Shown here piece after piece: positions 49,954-59,047 of a stretch of DNA of 59,116 bases (positions within the stretch are counted from its first letter, which is position 1; each line of letters starts with the position of its first letter). The translations under genes were made by a program, and so were the position numbers. Source of the stretch: an uncultured virus (IMG/VR IMGVR_UViG_3300020048_000047). Taxonomy: Duplodnaviria > Heunggongvirae > Uroviricota > Caudoviricetes. Below the pieces are notes generated by a model, which was given only the letters and a program-made list of their open reading frames with translations, was not told the origin of the DNA and made no database searches. Location of the stretch: positions 62,001-121,116 of IMG/VR virus record IMGVR_UViG_3300020048_000047; one strand, given 5' to 3'.

Positions 49954-50781
49954 ATGAATAATACTGGTATATATAAAATAACTAATTTACTTAATGGAAA
50001 TTTTTATATTGGTAGTGCTGCTAGTAAGGGTGGTTTTAAATCTAGGTGGTATAAACATTTGTTTTTATTAAAAAATAAAAACCATCATTCAAAACATTTA
50101 CAATCAGCTTGGGATAAATACGGAAAGAATTCTTTTGTTTTTGAAATAATTGAAATAATCGAAAATCGAAATTCAATAATAATTCGTGAACAATATTATT
50201 TGGATACTTTAAAACCAGAATATAATACTTGTAAAATAGCTGGTAGTCCATTAGGTGTTAAACATACTGATGAGACTAGACTTAAAATGTCTAAACGTAA
50301 AATGGGTATCCATTTATCAGAGGAACATAAAAAGAATATTGGTTTAGGAAATATTGGTAAAATTGTTTCAGAAAAAACAAGAACAAAATTACGTAATAAA
50401 ATTAAAACAAAAGAAGCTAAACTTAAAATTAGTAAAGCTAATAGTGGTGAAAAACACGGTATGTCAAAATTAACAATATCTGAAGTTAAATCTATTAGAG
50501 AAGAATATTTAAATAATGTTAATTTAAAAACATTAAGTGAAAAATATAAATTATCTAATGCCACTATTTTTAATATTGTTAACAATATCTCTTATAAAGA
50601 TGATAATTATCAGAAATATTGCATCAATAAAAAAGATTTAAAACTTAAAAATAAAAAACTTGGTGATGAAATTAGAAATTACCATAAAAATAATAAAAAT
50701 AATTATACTAATTTATCTGAAATATTCAATATGAGTAGAACACAAATTAGTAGAATTATAAACAATAAAATTTATAATTAA
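49954..50781 (+). CDS. GIY-YIG homing endonuclease with NUMOD3 repeats and HTH
   Basis: GIYKITNLLNGNFYIGS, REQYYLD..YN, HTDETRLKMS / LSEEHKKNI, C-terminal HTH-like repeats. Confidence 0.92.
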   Translation: MNNTGIYKITNLLNGNFYIGSAASKGGFKSRWYKHLFLLKNKNHHSKHLQSAWDKYGKNSFVFEIIEIIENRNSIIIREQYYLDTLKPEYNTCKIAGSPLGVKHTDETRLKMSKRKMGIHLSEEHKKNIGLGNIGKIVSEKTRTKLRNKIKTKEAKLKISKANSGEKHGMSKLTISEVKSIREEYLNNVNLKTLSEKYKLSNATIFNIVNNISYKDDNYQKYCINKKDLKLKNKKLGDEIRNYHKNNKNNYTNLSEIFNMSRTQISRIINNKIYN

Positions 50782-50782
50782 A

Positions 50783-51589
50783 ATGAAAAAAGAAAAAGTA
50801 AATATCAGTGTAATTCTTCCAGTTTATAAGTTGGATGATACCAGAAAAGTGTTATTTAGTAACGCTATTAAAAGTGTTGATGAACAAATAATAAAACCAG
50901 AAGAACTATTGTTAGTTGTTGGTAAAAATGATATGGAAAGTTTAAATTTTATAAAAACTTTTGATTTTGGTGATATTAAAGAAATAATTACAATAGTTGA
51001 AAATGATGGTGAAACTGATTTTTGTTCACAATTTAATCTAGGTGTTGAAAAGGCTAAATGTGATTGGGTATCTTTATTAGAACAAGATGATGAATATGCT
51101 AAAATATGGTTTAAAAATGTTATTGAATATCGTGAAGCTCATTCAAACGTTGATATATTTTTACCAATAGTAATTGATGTAGACGCTAACAATCAATTTA
51201 TTGGATTCACAAATGAAGCAACATGGGCCAATAGTTTTTCAGATGAGTTGGGAATGTTAGATAACAATGCTTTATTAACATATCAAAATTTTAATATTGA
51301 TGGAATGGTAATTAAAAAATCATTATTTAATGATTTTGGTGGGTTTAAATCTAGTATTAAATTAACGTTTATATATGAATTTTTACTTCGTATGACATTC
51401 AAAGATGCTAAGGTAATGACGATTCCTCGTTTTGGATACAAACATTCAAATCAAATAGATGGTTCATTATTCGCAGATTATAAACAAACTCTAGACCCAG
51501 TTGAAGCTAAATGGTGGATGTCTATTGCTAAAAAAGAATACTATTTTCCAAAAGATAGAAAAATAACGTATCAAGAACAAAATGGCTAA
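50783..51589 (+). CDS. GT2 glycosyltransferase
   Basis: ISVILPVY, NLGV, LLEQDDEY, GGF. Confidence 0.85.
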   Translation: MKKEKVNISVILPVYKLDDTRKVLFSNAIKSVDEQIIKPEELLLVVGKNDMESLNFIKTFDFGDIKEIITIVENDGETDFCSQFNLGVEKAKCDWVSLLEQDDEYAKIWFKNVIEYREAHSNVDIFLPIVIDVDANNQFIGFTNEATWANSFSDELGMLDNNALLTYQNFNIDGMVIKKSLFNDFGGFKSSIKLTFIYEFLLRMTFKDAKVMTIPRFGYKHSNQIDGSLFADYKQTLDPVEAKWWMSIAKKEYYFPKDRKITYQEQNG

Positions 51590-52546
51590 ATGGAATCTAA
51601 ACGAGGACGCAAAAGAAAAAACGAAATGTATTTTGGTCCAGAAGAAGAAGAAGCCGTTATTAAGTTCTTAAACTCTAGACATATTGAAATAATAAATTTC
51701 ATTTCAAATCAAAAAATAGTTTTAACACATAAATTAGGTGATAATATTATAATTGATGCTTTTTATGAACAACCAAACGAAAAACCGTATGGTAATGATA
51801 AAAAAATTGAAACAATTAGTGTCGAAATTACTTCAAAAAAATTAACATCGGAATCTGTAGAAATTTCTACAGACTCTGATATTAATAATGTAACAGTAAT
51901 TATTATTAATGAAATCGAAAGGAATGCTTTGTTTAATGAATGGCTTAAAGCACCTTTAGATAAAATGGTTGAAGCTATTATTAGACGTTATAAACTTTAT
52001 AGAAAAGGTTTTACGTTTGAAGAATTACATGGTGACGCTGTTTCATTTTTAATGACCAAGGTACATAAATTTGAGGCTGGGAGAGGGAAAAAAGCTTATT
52101 CTTATTTTGGTACGATAGCTAAGAACTATATGCTTGGCTTACTCATCAAAGATGAGAAATACATGAAACAAACAGCTTCATATGAAGATATTTCACAAAG
52201 TTGTGAAAATGATGAAAGTCTGTCTTACACAATTGATGGTGATAAATTCTCAATGGATGATTTTATACAAAAATTAACCGATGGAATTAAATATGAATTG
52301 GATGATGCTGATTTACCACCAAAAAAACAATTAAACGAAAATGAACGGAAAGTAGGTTATGCTTTAATCGAAATCTTAGAAAATTGGGAAGAAGCCTTTC
52401 AATCAATGGATGGTGGTGCTAAATACAATAAAAATTCAGTTTTAGAAACAATGCGAAATTATACTGGTTTATCAACCAAAGATATTAGAATTGCAATGAA
52501 ACGATTTAAAGAACTATATGAATTGTTAAAGCATCACGGATTGTAG
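51590..52546 (+). CDS. Phage sigma factor (gp55-like late sigma)
   Basis: Region-2-like KMVEAIIRRY..KF...GKKAYSYFGTIAKNY (compare T4 gp55 NPFAYFTQI). Confidence 0.7.
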   Translation: MESKRGRKRKNEMYFGPEEEEAVIKFLNSRHIEIINFISNQKIVLTHKLGDNIIIDAFYEQPNEKPYGNDKKIETISVEITSKKLTSESVEISTDSDINNVTVIIINEIERNALFNEWLKAPLDKMVEAIIRRYKLYRKGFTFEELHGDAVSFLMTKVHKFEAGRGKKAYSYFGTIAKNYMLGLLIKDEKYMKQTASYEDISQSCENDESLSYTIDGDKFSMDDFIQKLTDGIKYELDDADLPPKKQLNENERKVGYALIEILENWEEAFQSMDGGAKYNKNSVLETMRNYTGLSTKDIRIAMKRFKELYELLKHHGL

Positions 52547-52575
52547 AATTATTGTAAGAAAACCTTATTCCTAGG

Positions 52576-52583
52576 TATTTATA
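52576..52583 (+). promoter_or_regulatory. Putative late promoter motif TATTTATA
   Basis: Upstream of the 52619-56108 structural operon. Confidence 0.5.
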
Positions 52584-52618
52584 GTAAAGATAACAATTAA
52601 TTTTAAAAATTATATCCA

Positions 52619-53008
52619 ATGCCGAGAAAGAAAAAAACCGATGTAAAGGTAAACAATAGTGAATCATTAGAAAACCTAATGCAAGAAACATATAACGATG
52701 CTTGTTTACAAATTTCAGATGCCCAAAAAAGTATCAATGAATTAACAGCTAGTGCCGTACCTACAGATGTCGATGACCTAACAAAGATTGCTAAAGAAAA
52801 AGGCAATCTTTTAAAGGTTAAAGACTCTAGTATCAGAATTAAATTAGAATTAGCTAAATTACAAAGTGATATAATAAAAAATCGTGGTGATGTTGATGCT
52901 ACAATTTCTGAAAAAAGTGGTGGTAGTGCATCACTTAAAGATTTTAATGAAATCAGAAATATGATTAAACTTAAAGCTAAAGGTGAACTTGAAAATGAGG
53001 GTGAGTAA
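52619..53008 (+). CDS. Hypothetical coiled-coil protein
   Basis: 129 aa; first gene of a putative late operon. Confidence 0.6.
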   Translation: MPRKKKTDVKVNNSESLENLMQETYNDACLQISDAQKSINELTASAVPTDVDDLTKIAKEKGNLLKVKDSSIRIKLELAKLQSDIIKNRGDVDATISEKSGGSASLKDFNEIRNMIKLKAKGELENEGE

Positions 53009-53010
53009 AG

Positions 53011-54483
53011 ATGTCAGTTTTAGATAAAAAACAAAAAATATTTGGAAATATTGCTGCCGCTAGAACTATTACTGGTGGGATGCCTAAATTAAAAAAAAGT
53101 TCATCGTTTGAATCTTTAAATAAAAAAGTTAAGGGTGGTAGTGATAAGGTAAAAGAAACTCAAGGTAAAATTGTTACTTTTTTAACTGATTTGATTAAAT
53201 CGCTTATAGGTTTTGCTCAATTGGTTACTGAAGTAGTTGATTTTTTAACTTATTCATTAAAAGAAATTGAAGCTGAGATTAAAAAAGCTATTAAATTCGA
53301 ATTAAAAAGTATTGTTAGTTGCGGTATTGACCCAATGATTCCAGATTTTGTTAAATCAACTGGTACTGGTGTTGTTATTGAAGTTAATAAAATTGATTTT
53401 TTTGACCAATTTATGACAGACCCTAATTCTATCGCTGGTAAACTTATGTATAATGATGTCACACCTACATTAACAAATAGTAGCGATTTAAATACATTTT
53501 TATATGGTGTAATACAAGATGACGGTGTAACTAAAAATTGGAAGGGGATTTTTGATTTTACATTTAATTCAAACGGTATTGCTGGTGTTAGACCAAACAA
53601 TACTTTTACTATTAAAGCTACATCAACCTATAGTGGTCCACCTAAAACACTTACTGATTTAAATAATGATTTTGTAGATAGTATAACATTATTTAATACC
53701 GAAAATTTAATAAATAGAATATTAGATTTATTATTTGGTTCTATATCTTGTAGTATCAAAAAAACACCTAAACAAGTAGAAAAAGAAATTAGGGTAAATG
53801 AAATTATTGACCGAATTTCTAATAATGATTCTGATGATGAAATAAATGATAATACTTTTATTTTTACTAATGATGAGGTTTATGAACATCAAGAACAAGC
53901 TGATTTCAAACGAAAAGGTATTCAAAAATTAAACTGTTGTAACAAAATACCAGCATCTGTTCCAATTGAGTATTTAACTAAACTTAATCAAGAATTAACT
54001 GGTGCAACCAGTAATATAGAAAAAAAGACAATCATATCTAATAATTTAAATGATATGGCTGATAAAACTACAGAAAACTCAACTGACCCATCAGATAAAA
54101 TATCTATTAAATTAAACTTTATACAAGGAATTATAGATAGTCTTATAAAAGGTATTGTTAGTGTTGTTTTATCACCTAAAGTAATTATTATTTTCTTGAT
54201 AGATTTTAAAATAATTTATGGTACTTTGGCTAGTTTTGATAGTCCAGAAGATTTCATTAAAAAAAATAAAACATTAATTAATGCTATAACTAAAAAAGTT
54301 ACTGGTATTATAGTTAAAAAGTTAATGGGTATAGCTATCAAAGAAATTAGTATATTAGTAGCTTCCGCTGCCGTTCAAAGACAAAAAGAAAAAGCTATTA
54401 ATCAATTGTTTCAACTTTTAAGTTTAGTTAATTTACCTATGAAAGCTTATGAAATAATAGATAAAATTATATCAAATAAATAA
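53011..54483 (+). CDS. Hypothetical structural protein
   Basis: 490 aa in an operon with the baseplate hub. Confidence 0.55.
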   Translation: MSVLDKKQKIFGNIAAARTITGGMPKLKKSSSFESLNKKVKGGSDKVKETQGKIVTFLTDLIKSLIGFAQLVTEVVDFLTYSLKEIEAEIKKAIKFELKSIVSCGIDPMIPDFVKSTGTGVVIEVNKIDFFDQFMTDPNSIAGKLMYNDVTPTLTNSSDLNTFLYGVIQDDGVTKNWKGIFDFTFNSNGIAGVRPNNTFTIKATSTYSGPPKTLTDLNNDFVDSITLFNTENLINRILDLLFGSISCSIKKTPKQVEKEIRVNEIIDRISNNDSDDEINDNTFIFTNDEVYEHQEQADFKRKGIQKLNCCNKIPASVPIEYLTKLNQELTGATSNIEKKTIISNNLNDMADKTTENSTDPSDKISIKLNFIQGIIDSLIKGIVSVVLSPKVIIIFLIDFKIIYGTLASFDSPEDFIKKNKTLINAITKKVTGIIVKKLMGIAIKEISILVASAAVQRQKEKAINQLFQLLSLVNLPMKAYEIIDKIISNK

Positions 54484-54484
54484 A

Positions 54485-54922
54485 ATGGATAAAAAAACAA
54501 GTGAAAACACTAACACCACGTTAAATTTAAACACTATGAGTGGTGTTTTAAATTTAATTTTAGCAGCATTTTCAATTCCTCAAGAACCTGTTTCACCATT
54601 ACCACCACCTTTAATTATGGCTGGTGCTAAACTTAGGCCAGGTTTATCAGCTAAATCAATCGCAGCTAGAATCATTTCTAGACAATCTGAATCTGGGCGA
54701 GAAGTTGGTGATGTATTTGCAGATGGTCCAAATGTTGAAGAAGCTATGGAAGTAATTAGACTTGAAGAAATTATTAAAGCATTTCTAGGTGAAGCTGTTG
54801 TAAATGTGGTAATTCCACCTGGTATATCTGTAACAACCGTTGGTGTTGGTAATCTTGGTGCTCCAGTTCTTTCTCAAGGTGTTACAACAAGTATGGGTAT
54901 CGGGGATGGTATAATAAGATAA
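54485..54922 (+). CDS. Hypothetical baseplate-associated protein
   Basis: Conserved-looking RPGLSA..IISRQ, Gly-rich beta C-terminus. Confidence 0.55.
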   Translation: MDKKTSENTNTTLNLNTMSGVLNLILAAFSIPQEPVSPLPPPLIMAGAKLRPGLSAKSIAARIISRQSESGREVGDVFADGPNVEEAMEVIRLEEIIKAFLGEAVVNVVIPPGISVTTVGVGNLGAPVLSQGVTTSMGIGDGIIR

Positions 54923-54940
54923 AATAAAATATTTTCACAA

Positions 54941-55117
54941 ATGGATGAATTAGAAAACAAAACAAATAATGAGATTTTATTTGAAATAAAACAGATGGAA
55001 GCTGACCATGAAGCAATCAAGATTAAAATGCTTAGGGATTACGATAAGATGCTTGAAATAGAAAAAAAGTTTGAACAAGCAAATAAAATCATTTTAAAAA
55101 GATTAAAAGGAGAATAA
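54941..55117 (+). CDS. Small coiled-coil protein (58 aa)
   Basis: MDELENKTNNEILFEIKQMEADHEAIKIKMLRDYDKMLEIEKKFEQANKIILKRLKGE; fills the gap exactly; not in the ORF track. Confidence 0.7.
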   Translation: MDELENKTNNEILFEIKQMEADHEAIKIKMLRDYDKMLEIEKKFEQANKIILKRLKGE

Positions 55118-55118
55118 T

Positions 55119-56108
55119 ATGTATTTCGAAATATTTGAAGGTACCAATAAACATGTTACTGGTGGTGAAAGCAATTATTCTAAACTTAAATATGATAAAA
55201 ATATTCAAATTGGTTTAGTTGTTAATGTTGATGACCCAACTGGTATGGGTAGAATTAAAGTTAAGCTTATTGCGGCACCACAGCAAGGTGGTGATAATGG
55301 TGAGCTTAATGCAGATTTACCTTGGTGTTTTCCACTCTTACCAAAACATTTGAATATTCAACCTAAAGTAAATGAAGCAGTTTTAATATTTTTATTAGAT
55401 AAAAACAAACCATTTGAAAATAGAATGTTTTTAGGGCCTATTAATTCACAACCACATTTATTAAAATTCGACCCATATTTCTCAACAGCTATGGCTGGTT
55501 TAAGTATTGGTAACCAAAACCCAGACCAATCAATTGCTAATATTCCAGAATTAAAAAGTGGTGTGTTTCCTAAACAAGAAGATATTTCAATACAAGGTAG
55601 GTTTAATACTGATATAACTCAAAAAGAAAATGAAATAATTTTAAGGGCTGGTAAATTTGAAATTTCAGATAACCCTAAAAACCCATATAAAATTAGATTT
55701 AACGCTAAAACTCAAGCTTATATTCAAATTAAAAATGATGTTATTTTATCTAAATCTGAAACTACTTCAGAAAGAGGAAGTGTTACTAATATCGTTTCAA
55801 ATAAAATAAATTTGTTAACACATAAAGACGGTAGCCCTAAGTTTAATTTAACAGACCCAGAAATGTTAATCACTGATGCCGAATTAGAAAAAATATTAGC
55901 CGAAGCACATCAATTACCATTTGGTGATATTTTATTACAATATCTTACACTTTTAAAAGATGCAGTATTTAACCATGTACATAATGGTAACGGTAAATCA
56001 GCTACTGATTTAACTTCTTCTGGAAACAAACAAGCTCTAGCTACTTTTAAAGAAAAAGCAGATGACTTAGAAAAGTCTATGTTATCAAAAAACATTAGAA
56101 TAAACTAA
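55119..56108 (+). CDS. Baseplate hub/central spike (gp5/VgrG OB-fold)
   Basis: VVNVDDPTGMGRIKV..LPWCFPL..PKVNEAV; C-terminal HVH metal-binding tip motif. Confidence 0.8.
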   Translation: MYFEIFEGTNKHVTGGESNYSKLKYDKNIQIGLVVNVDDPTGMGRIKVKLIAAPQQGGDNGELNADLPWCFPLLPKHLNIQPKVNEAVLIFLLDKNKPFENRMFLGPINSQPHLLKFDPYFSTAMAGLSIGNQNPDQSIANIPELKSGVFPKQEDISIQGRFNTDITQKENEIILRAGKFEISDNPKNPYKIRFNAKTQAYIQIKNDVILSKSETTSERGSVTNIVSNKINLLTHKDGSPKFNLTDPEMLITDAELEKILAEAHQLPFGDILLQYLTLLKDAVFNHVHNGNGKSATDLTSSGNKQALATFKEKADDLEKSMLSKNIRIN

Positions 56109-56118
56109 CATTTTCTGA

Positions 56119-56126
56119 TATTTATA
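56119..56126 (+). promoter_or_regulatory. Putative late promoter motif TATTTATA
   Basis: 11 nt upstream of the ATG at 56138. Confidence 0.6.
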
Positions 56127-56137
56127 TATAAAAGAAA

Positions 56138-57544
56138 ATGGTAATTAGAACATACTTTGATAAAAACAATACTATAATTAAAGACCAAAATCTCAATACT
56201 GGTTTAAATCCAGTTACTGAGTTATTTTATGGTGGTGTTGATACACAACAACAATATAGTAGATTTCTGTTTCATTTTGATGAAACTAGACTTAAATCCT
56301 TATATACTGGCGGTACATTTACCGACCTTACTAAACTTACTCACACACTTAGATTAACCAATACAGCATCATTCGATACTGGCTTATTAAACGGTACTAT
56401 GGGTGCCAAAGCTAGAACCACATCTTTCAACCTTATCGTTTTTAAAATAGGTCAAGATTGGGATAATGGTGTTGGTTATGATTTTGATGTTTGTGATTTA
56501 AACACAGGTAGTTGTGCTGTATCTATTAGTCCATCTAATTGGGTTACTCCACAAACAGCTTTAACTTGGATTGGTGGGACTGGTGTTTATTCTGGAAGTC
56601 CTAGTGGCATAACTGTTACAACGCAGCACTTTGACAAAGGTAATGAAAATATTGAAATGGATATCACAGATTATGTTAATGGATTATTAACTGGTGATAC
56701 TAATTATGGTCTAGGAATTGCGTATGAAAGAGGCTTAGAACAAATAAATACTACAGCATTACAATATGTTGGCTTCTTTACCAACAATACACAAACATTC
56801 TATGAACCATTTGTTGAAACAATCTATTCTAATCACATTAAAGACGATAGAAACGACTTTTTCCTTGATAAAGATAATAAGCTATACTTGTATGTAAATC
56901 TTGCTGGAAATCCAACGAATTTGGATAATATACCTAGTGTTAATGTTTATGATGATACCGATACTTTATTTTCAGCATATACACCAGCAGATGTTACTCA
57001 CGTAACTAAAGGTGTATATTCTATCGATATTAACGTTCCAACAACTACAACAAATAAATGTACTATGTATACTGATATTTGGACTAGTATTACTATTAAC
57101 GGTATTTCTAGACCAGATATTGAACTTAATTTTGCACTTAAAGATTCTAACGAATATTATAATATCGGAAATAATGATACATTACCTAGAAAAGTAGCTG
57201 TTTCAGTTAGCGGAATACAAGGTAGAGAAAGAATTAAACGTGGTGATATTCGTAAGGTAATAGTTTCGGCTAGAATACCTTATACCGTAGAACAAACACA
57301 AAAAATAGATAATATTAATTATAGAATCTATGTATCGGAAGGTGCCGCTGAATTAACTGTTATAGATTTTCAACCAGTTGAAATGGCTAACAATTATTAT
57401 TATTTCTTATTAGATACTGCAAGTCTTATTCCAAATACTTATTATTTGGATGTATTGGTTACCTCTAACTTAGAAGTTACAACAATTAAAAATGCTTTAC
57501 AGTTTGATATTGTAAATCAAGTAGAATTAAGAAAGGGACAATAA
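56138..57544 (+). CDS. Putative virion structural protein (DNRLRE-like beta-sandwich)
   Basis: SRFLFHFD, WDNGVG, MDITDYVN..NYGLGI pattern. Confidence 0.6.
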   Translation: MVIRTYFDKNNTIIKDQNLNTGLNPVTELFYGGVDTQQQYSRFLFHFDETRLKSLYTGGTFTDLTKLTHTLRLTNTASFDTGLLNGTMGAKARTTSFNLIVFKIGQDWDNGVGYDFDVCDLNTGSCAVSISPSNWVTPQTALTWIGGTGVYSGSPSGITVTTQHFDKGNENIEMDITDYVNGLLTGDTNYGLGIAYERGLEQINTTALQYVGFFTNNTQTFYEPFVETIYSNHIKDDRNDFFLDKDNKLYLYVNLAGNPTNLDNIPSVNVYDDTDTLFSAYTPADVTHVTKGVYSIDINVPTTTTNKCTMYTDIWTSITINGISRPDIELNFALKDSNEYYNIGNNDTLPRKVAVSVSGIQGRERIKRGDIRKVIVSARIPYTVEQTQKIDNINYRIYVSEGAAELTVIDFQPVEMANNYYYFLLDTASLIPNTYYLDVLVTSNLEVTTIKNALQFDIVNQVELRKGQ

Positions 57545-57891
57545 TGAAGGAATTTATTAGAAAAAGAATCCGTGAACAAATGGTTGATGGTCAAAATATG
57601 AACCAAGGTACTGAAACTGCTTGTGATAAGATGAGTGTGGCCACTTACGATGAAGGTATTAAATTAATAATTGCAGCTATAGGTAAACCAGAAGAAAACC
57701 CACAAATGTGGAAACGCATAGCTAAACCATTACAAAATTGGAAACAAGCAAATAAAGGTATTGGCGGTGAAGTAAAATCAATGGGAATGTCTGGTGATTC
57801 TATGGTAGATGAATCAAATACTTGGTGGACAGCTATTCAATCAACAATATGCGAACAAGGTGGGGATGGTCAAGGAGACCTTTATATGTAA
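57544..57891 (+). CDS. Hypothetical protein with MK..IRE leader
   Basis: MKEFIRKRIREQM leader on an unrecognised domain. Confidence 0.6.
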   Translation: MKEFIRKRIREQMVDGQNMNQGTETACDKMSVATYDEGIKLIIAAIGKPEENPQMWKRIAKPLQNWKQANKGIGGEVKSMGMSGDSMVDESNTWWTAIQSTICEQGGDGQGDLYM

Positions 57892-57893
57892 TT

Positions 57894-58349
57894 ATGAAAA
57901 AACTAATTGAAAAACTATTAAATGAAGCCTTAAAAAAGGTAAGAGAACCAATCTTTAATGATAATTTTAGAAATTGGTTTAACGGTAGTCAAGTTGTTGA
58001 TGGACAAGGTAATCCACTAGTTTGTTATCATGGGACTACTAAAAAAATTAGTAAATTTAATCGAAAATATTCAGCACAAGGTGTGTTTTGGTTTACTAGT
58101 GATAAAGAAAAAATCATAGCTGGGGAATCTGGTGCAGCAAATACAAGTGAAATTATTCCAGTATTTCTTTCTGTAAAAAATCTTGCTGGATGGGATGAAT
58201 ATCAAAAATTAGGTTTAGGTCAAATTCGTGAACGTGGTTTCGATGGAATTAAATTAGATGATGATTACGTTATATTTGAACCAACACAAATAAAATCGAT
58301 TTATAATAATGGTGATTGGGACCCAAACAATAAAAACATAAATAAATAA
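57894..58349 (+). CDS. ADP-ribosyltransferase-like (ART-PolyVal-type) protein
   Basis: NFRNWF.GSQVVD..G.PLVCYHGT..FWFTS..PVFLSVKN..GFDGI..VIFEPTQIKS; start set at ATG 57894. Confidence 0.7.
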   Translation: MKKLIEKLLNEALKKVREPIFNDNFRNWFNGSQVVDGQGNPLVCYHGTTKKISKFNRKYSAQGVFWFTSDKEKIIAGESGAANTSEIIPVFLSVKNLAGWDEYQKLGLGQIRERGFDGIKLDDDYVIFEPTQIKSIYNNGDWDPNNKNINK

Positions 58350-58987
58350 TGAAACACTTAATTAAAAAACTTGTAAGAGAATCATTATTAGATGAAATGG
58401 CCATGGGTTTCAATAATTTAATTGATGGTACTGGCTTATTTACACATAATGTTAATAATGGTTATGATTTTGTCTTGTATAACCCAAGTACCCATCATGT
58501 TTATGGAATAATTTCTCTTAGTCAATCAGATTTTTATGGCGATAGTTTTTTTGTCGCTGGGGTAGCGGCTGAAAAAGGTTTTGGACCATTCATGTATGAA
58601 TTAGCTATGATGCAAGGATTCATAGATAATAGAGGTCTTATGCCATCAAGAGATGGTGATATCAGACCAGAAGCTTGGAAAGTATGGGAGCAATTTTTTA
58701 ATAGAACTGATATTATTAAAAAAGAATTAAACATTCATGACCCAGATTTTAGAGTTGATATAATTGAAGATGGAAAATATCAATTTAAACGCAAAGGTGA
58801 AATTGATGACTTCATAAATGAAATCACAGATGAAGATAGACACATTTTAAGAGTGTTTAACACTATTTATTCAATCAAACCTACCAATGAGTTCACTCAA
58901 CTAATAAACACCGCTAAAAGGCTTGAAAAGTATCATAGTGTTGCTATGAAATCTGGTGATGATTTCTGGCATAGTAAATACAGTTAA
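58349..58987 (+). CDS. GNAT-like acetyltransferase with MK..VRE leader
   Basis: VAGVAAEKGFGPFMYE (acetyl-CoA loop-like), IRPEAWKVW. Confidence 0.55.
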   Translation: MKHLIKKLVRESLLDEMAMGFNNLIDGTGLFTHNVNNGYDFVLYNPSTHHVYGIISLSQSDFYGDSFFVAGVAAEKGFGPFMYELAMMQGFIDNRGLMPSRDGDIRPEAWKVWEQFFNRTDIIKKELNIHDPDFRVDIIEDGKYQFKRKGEIDDFINEITDEDRHILRVFNTIYSIKPTNEFTQLINTAKRLEKYHSVAMKSGDDFWHSKYS

Positions 58988-59017
58988 AATTATTTTTAAT
59001 TATTTTTAAAAAAACAC

Positions 59018-59047
59018 TTGACAAAGTAAAAAGTTTTATTATATTTG
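59018..59047 (+). promoter_or_regulatory. Bacteroidota-type promoter
   Basis: TTG-N19-TATATTTG. Confidence 0.75.

Noticed and set aside
319..58734. Short overlapping ORFs in the track (e.g. 319..531, 13518..13778, 15168..15599, 19247..19534, 25741..26193, 27173..27526, 49246..49599, 53250..53600)
   Set aside because: Antisense or alternate-frame shadows of well-supported genes, with no motifs or start context.
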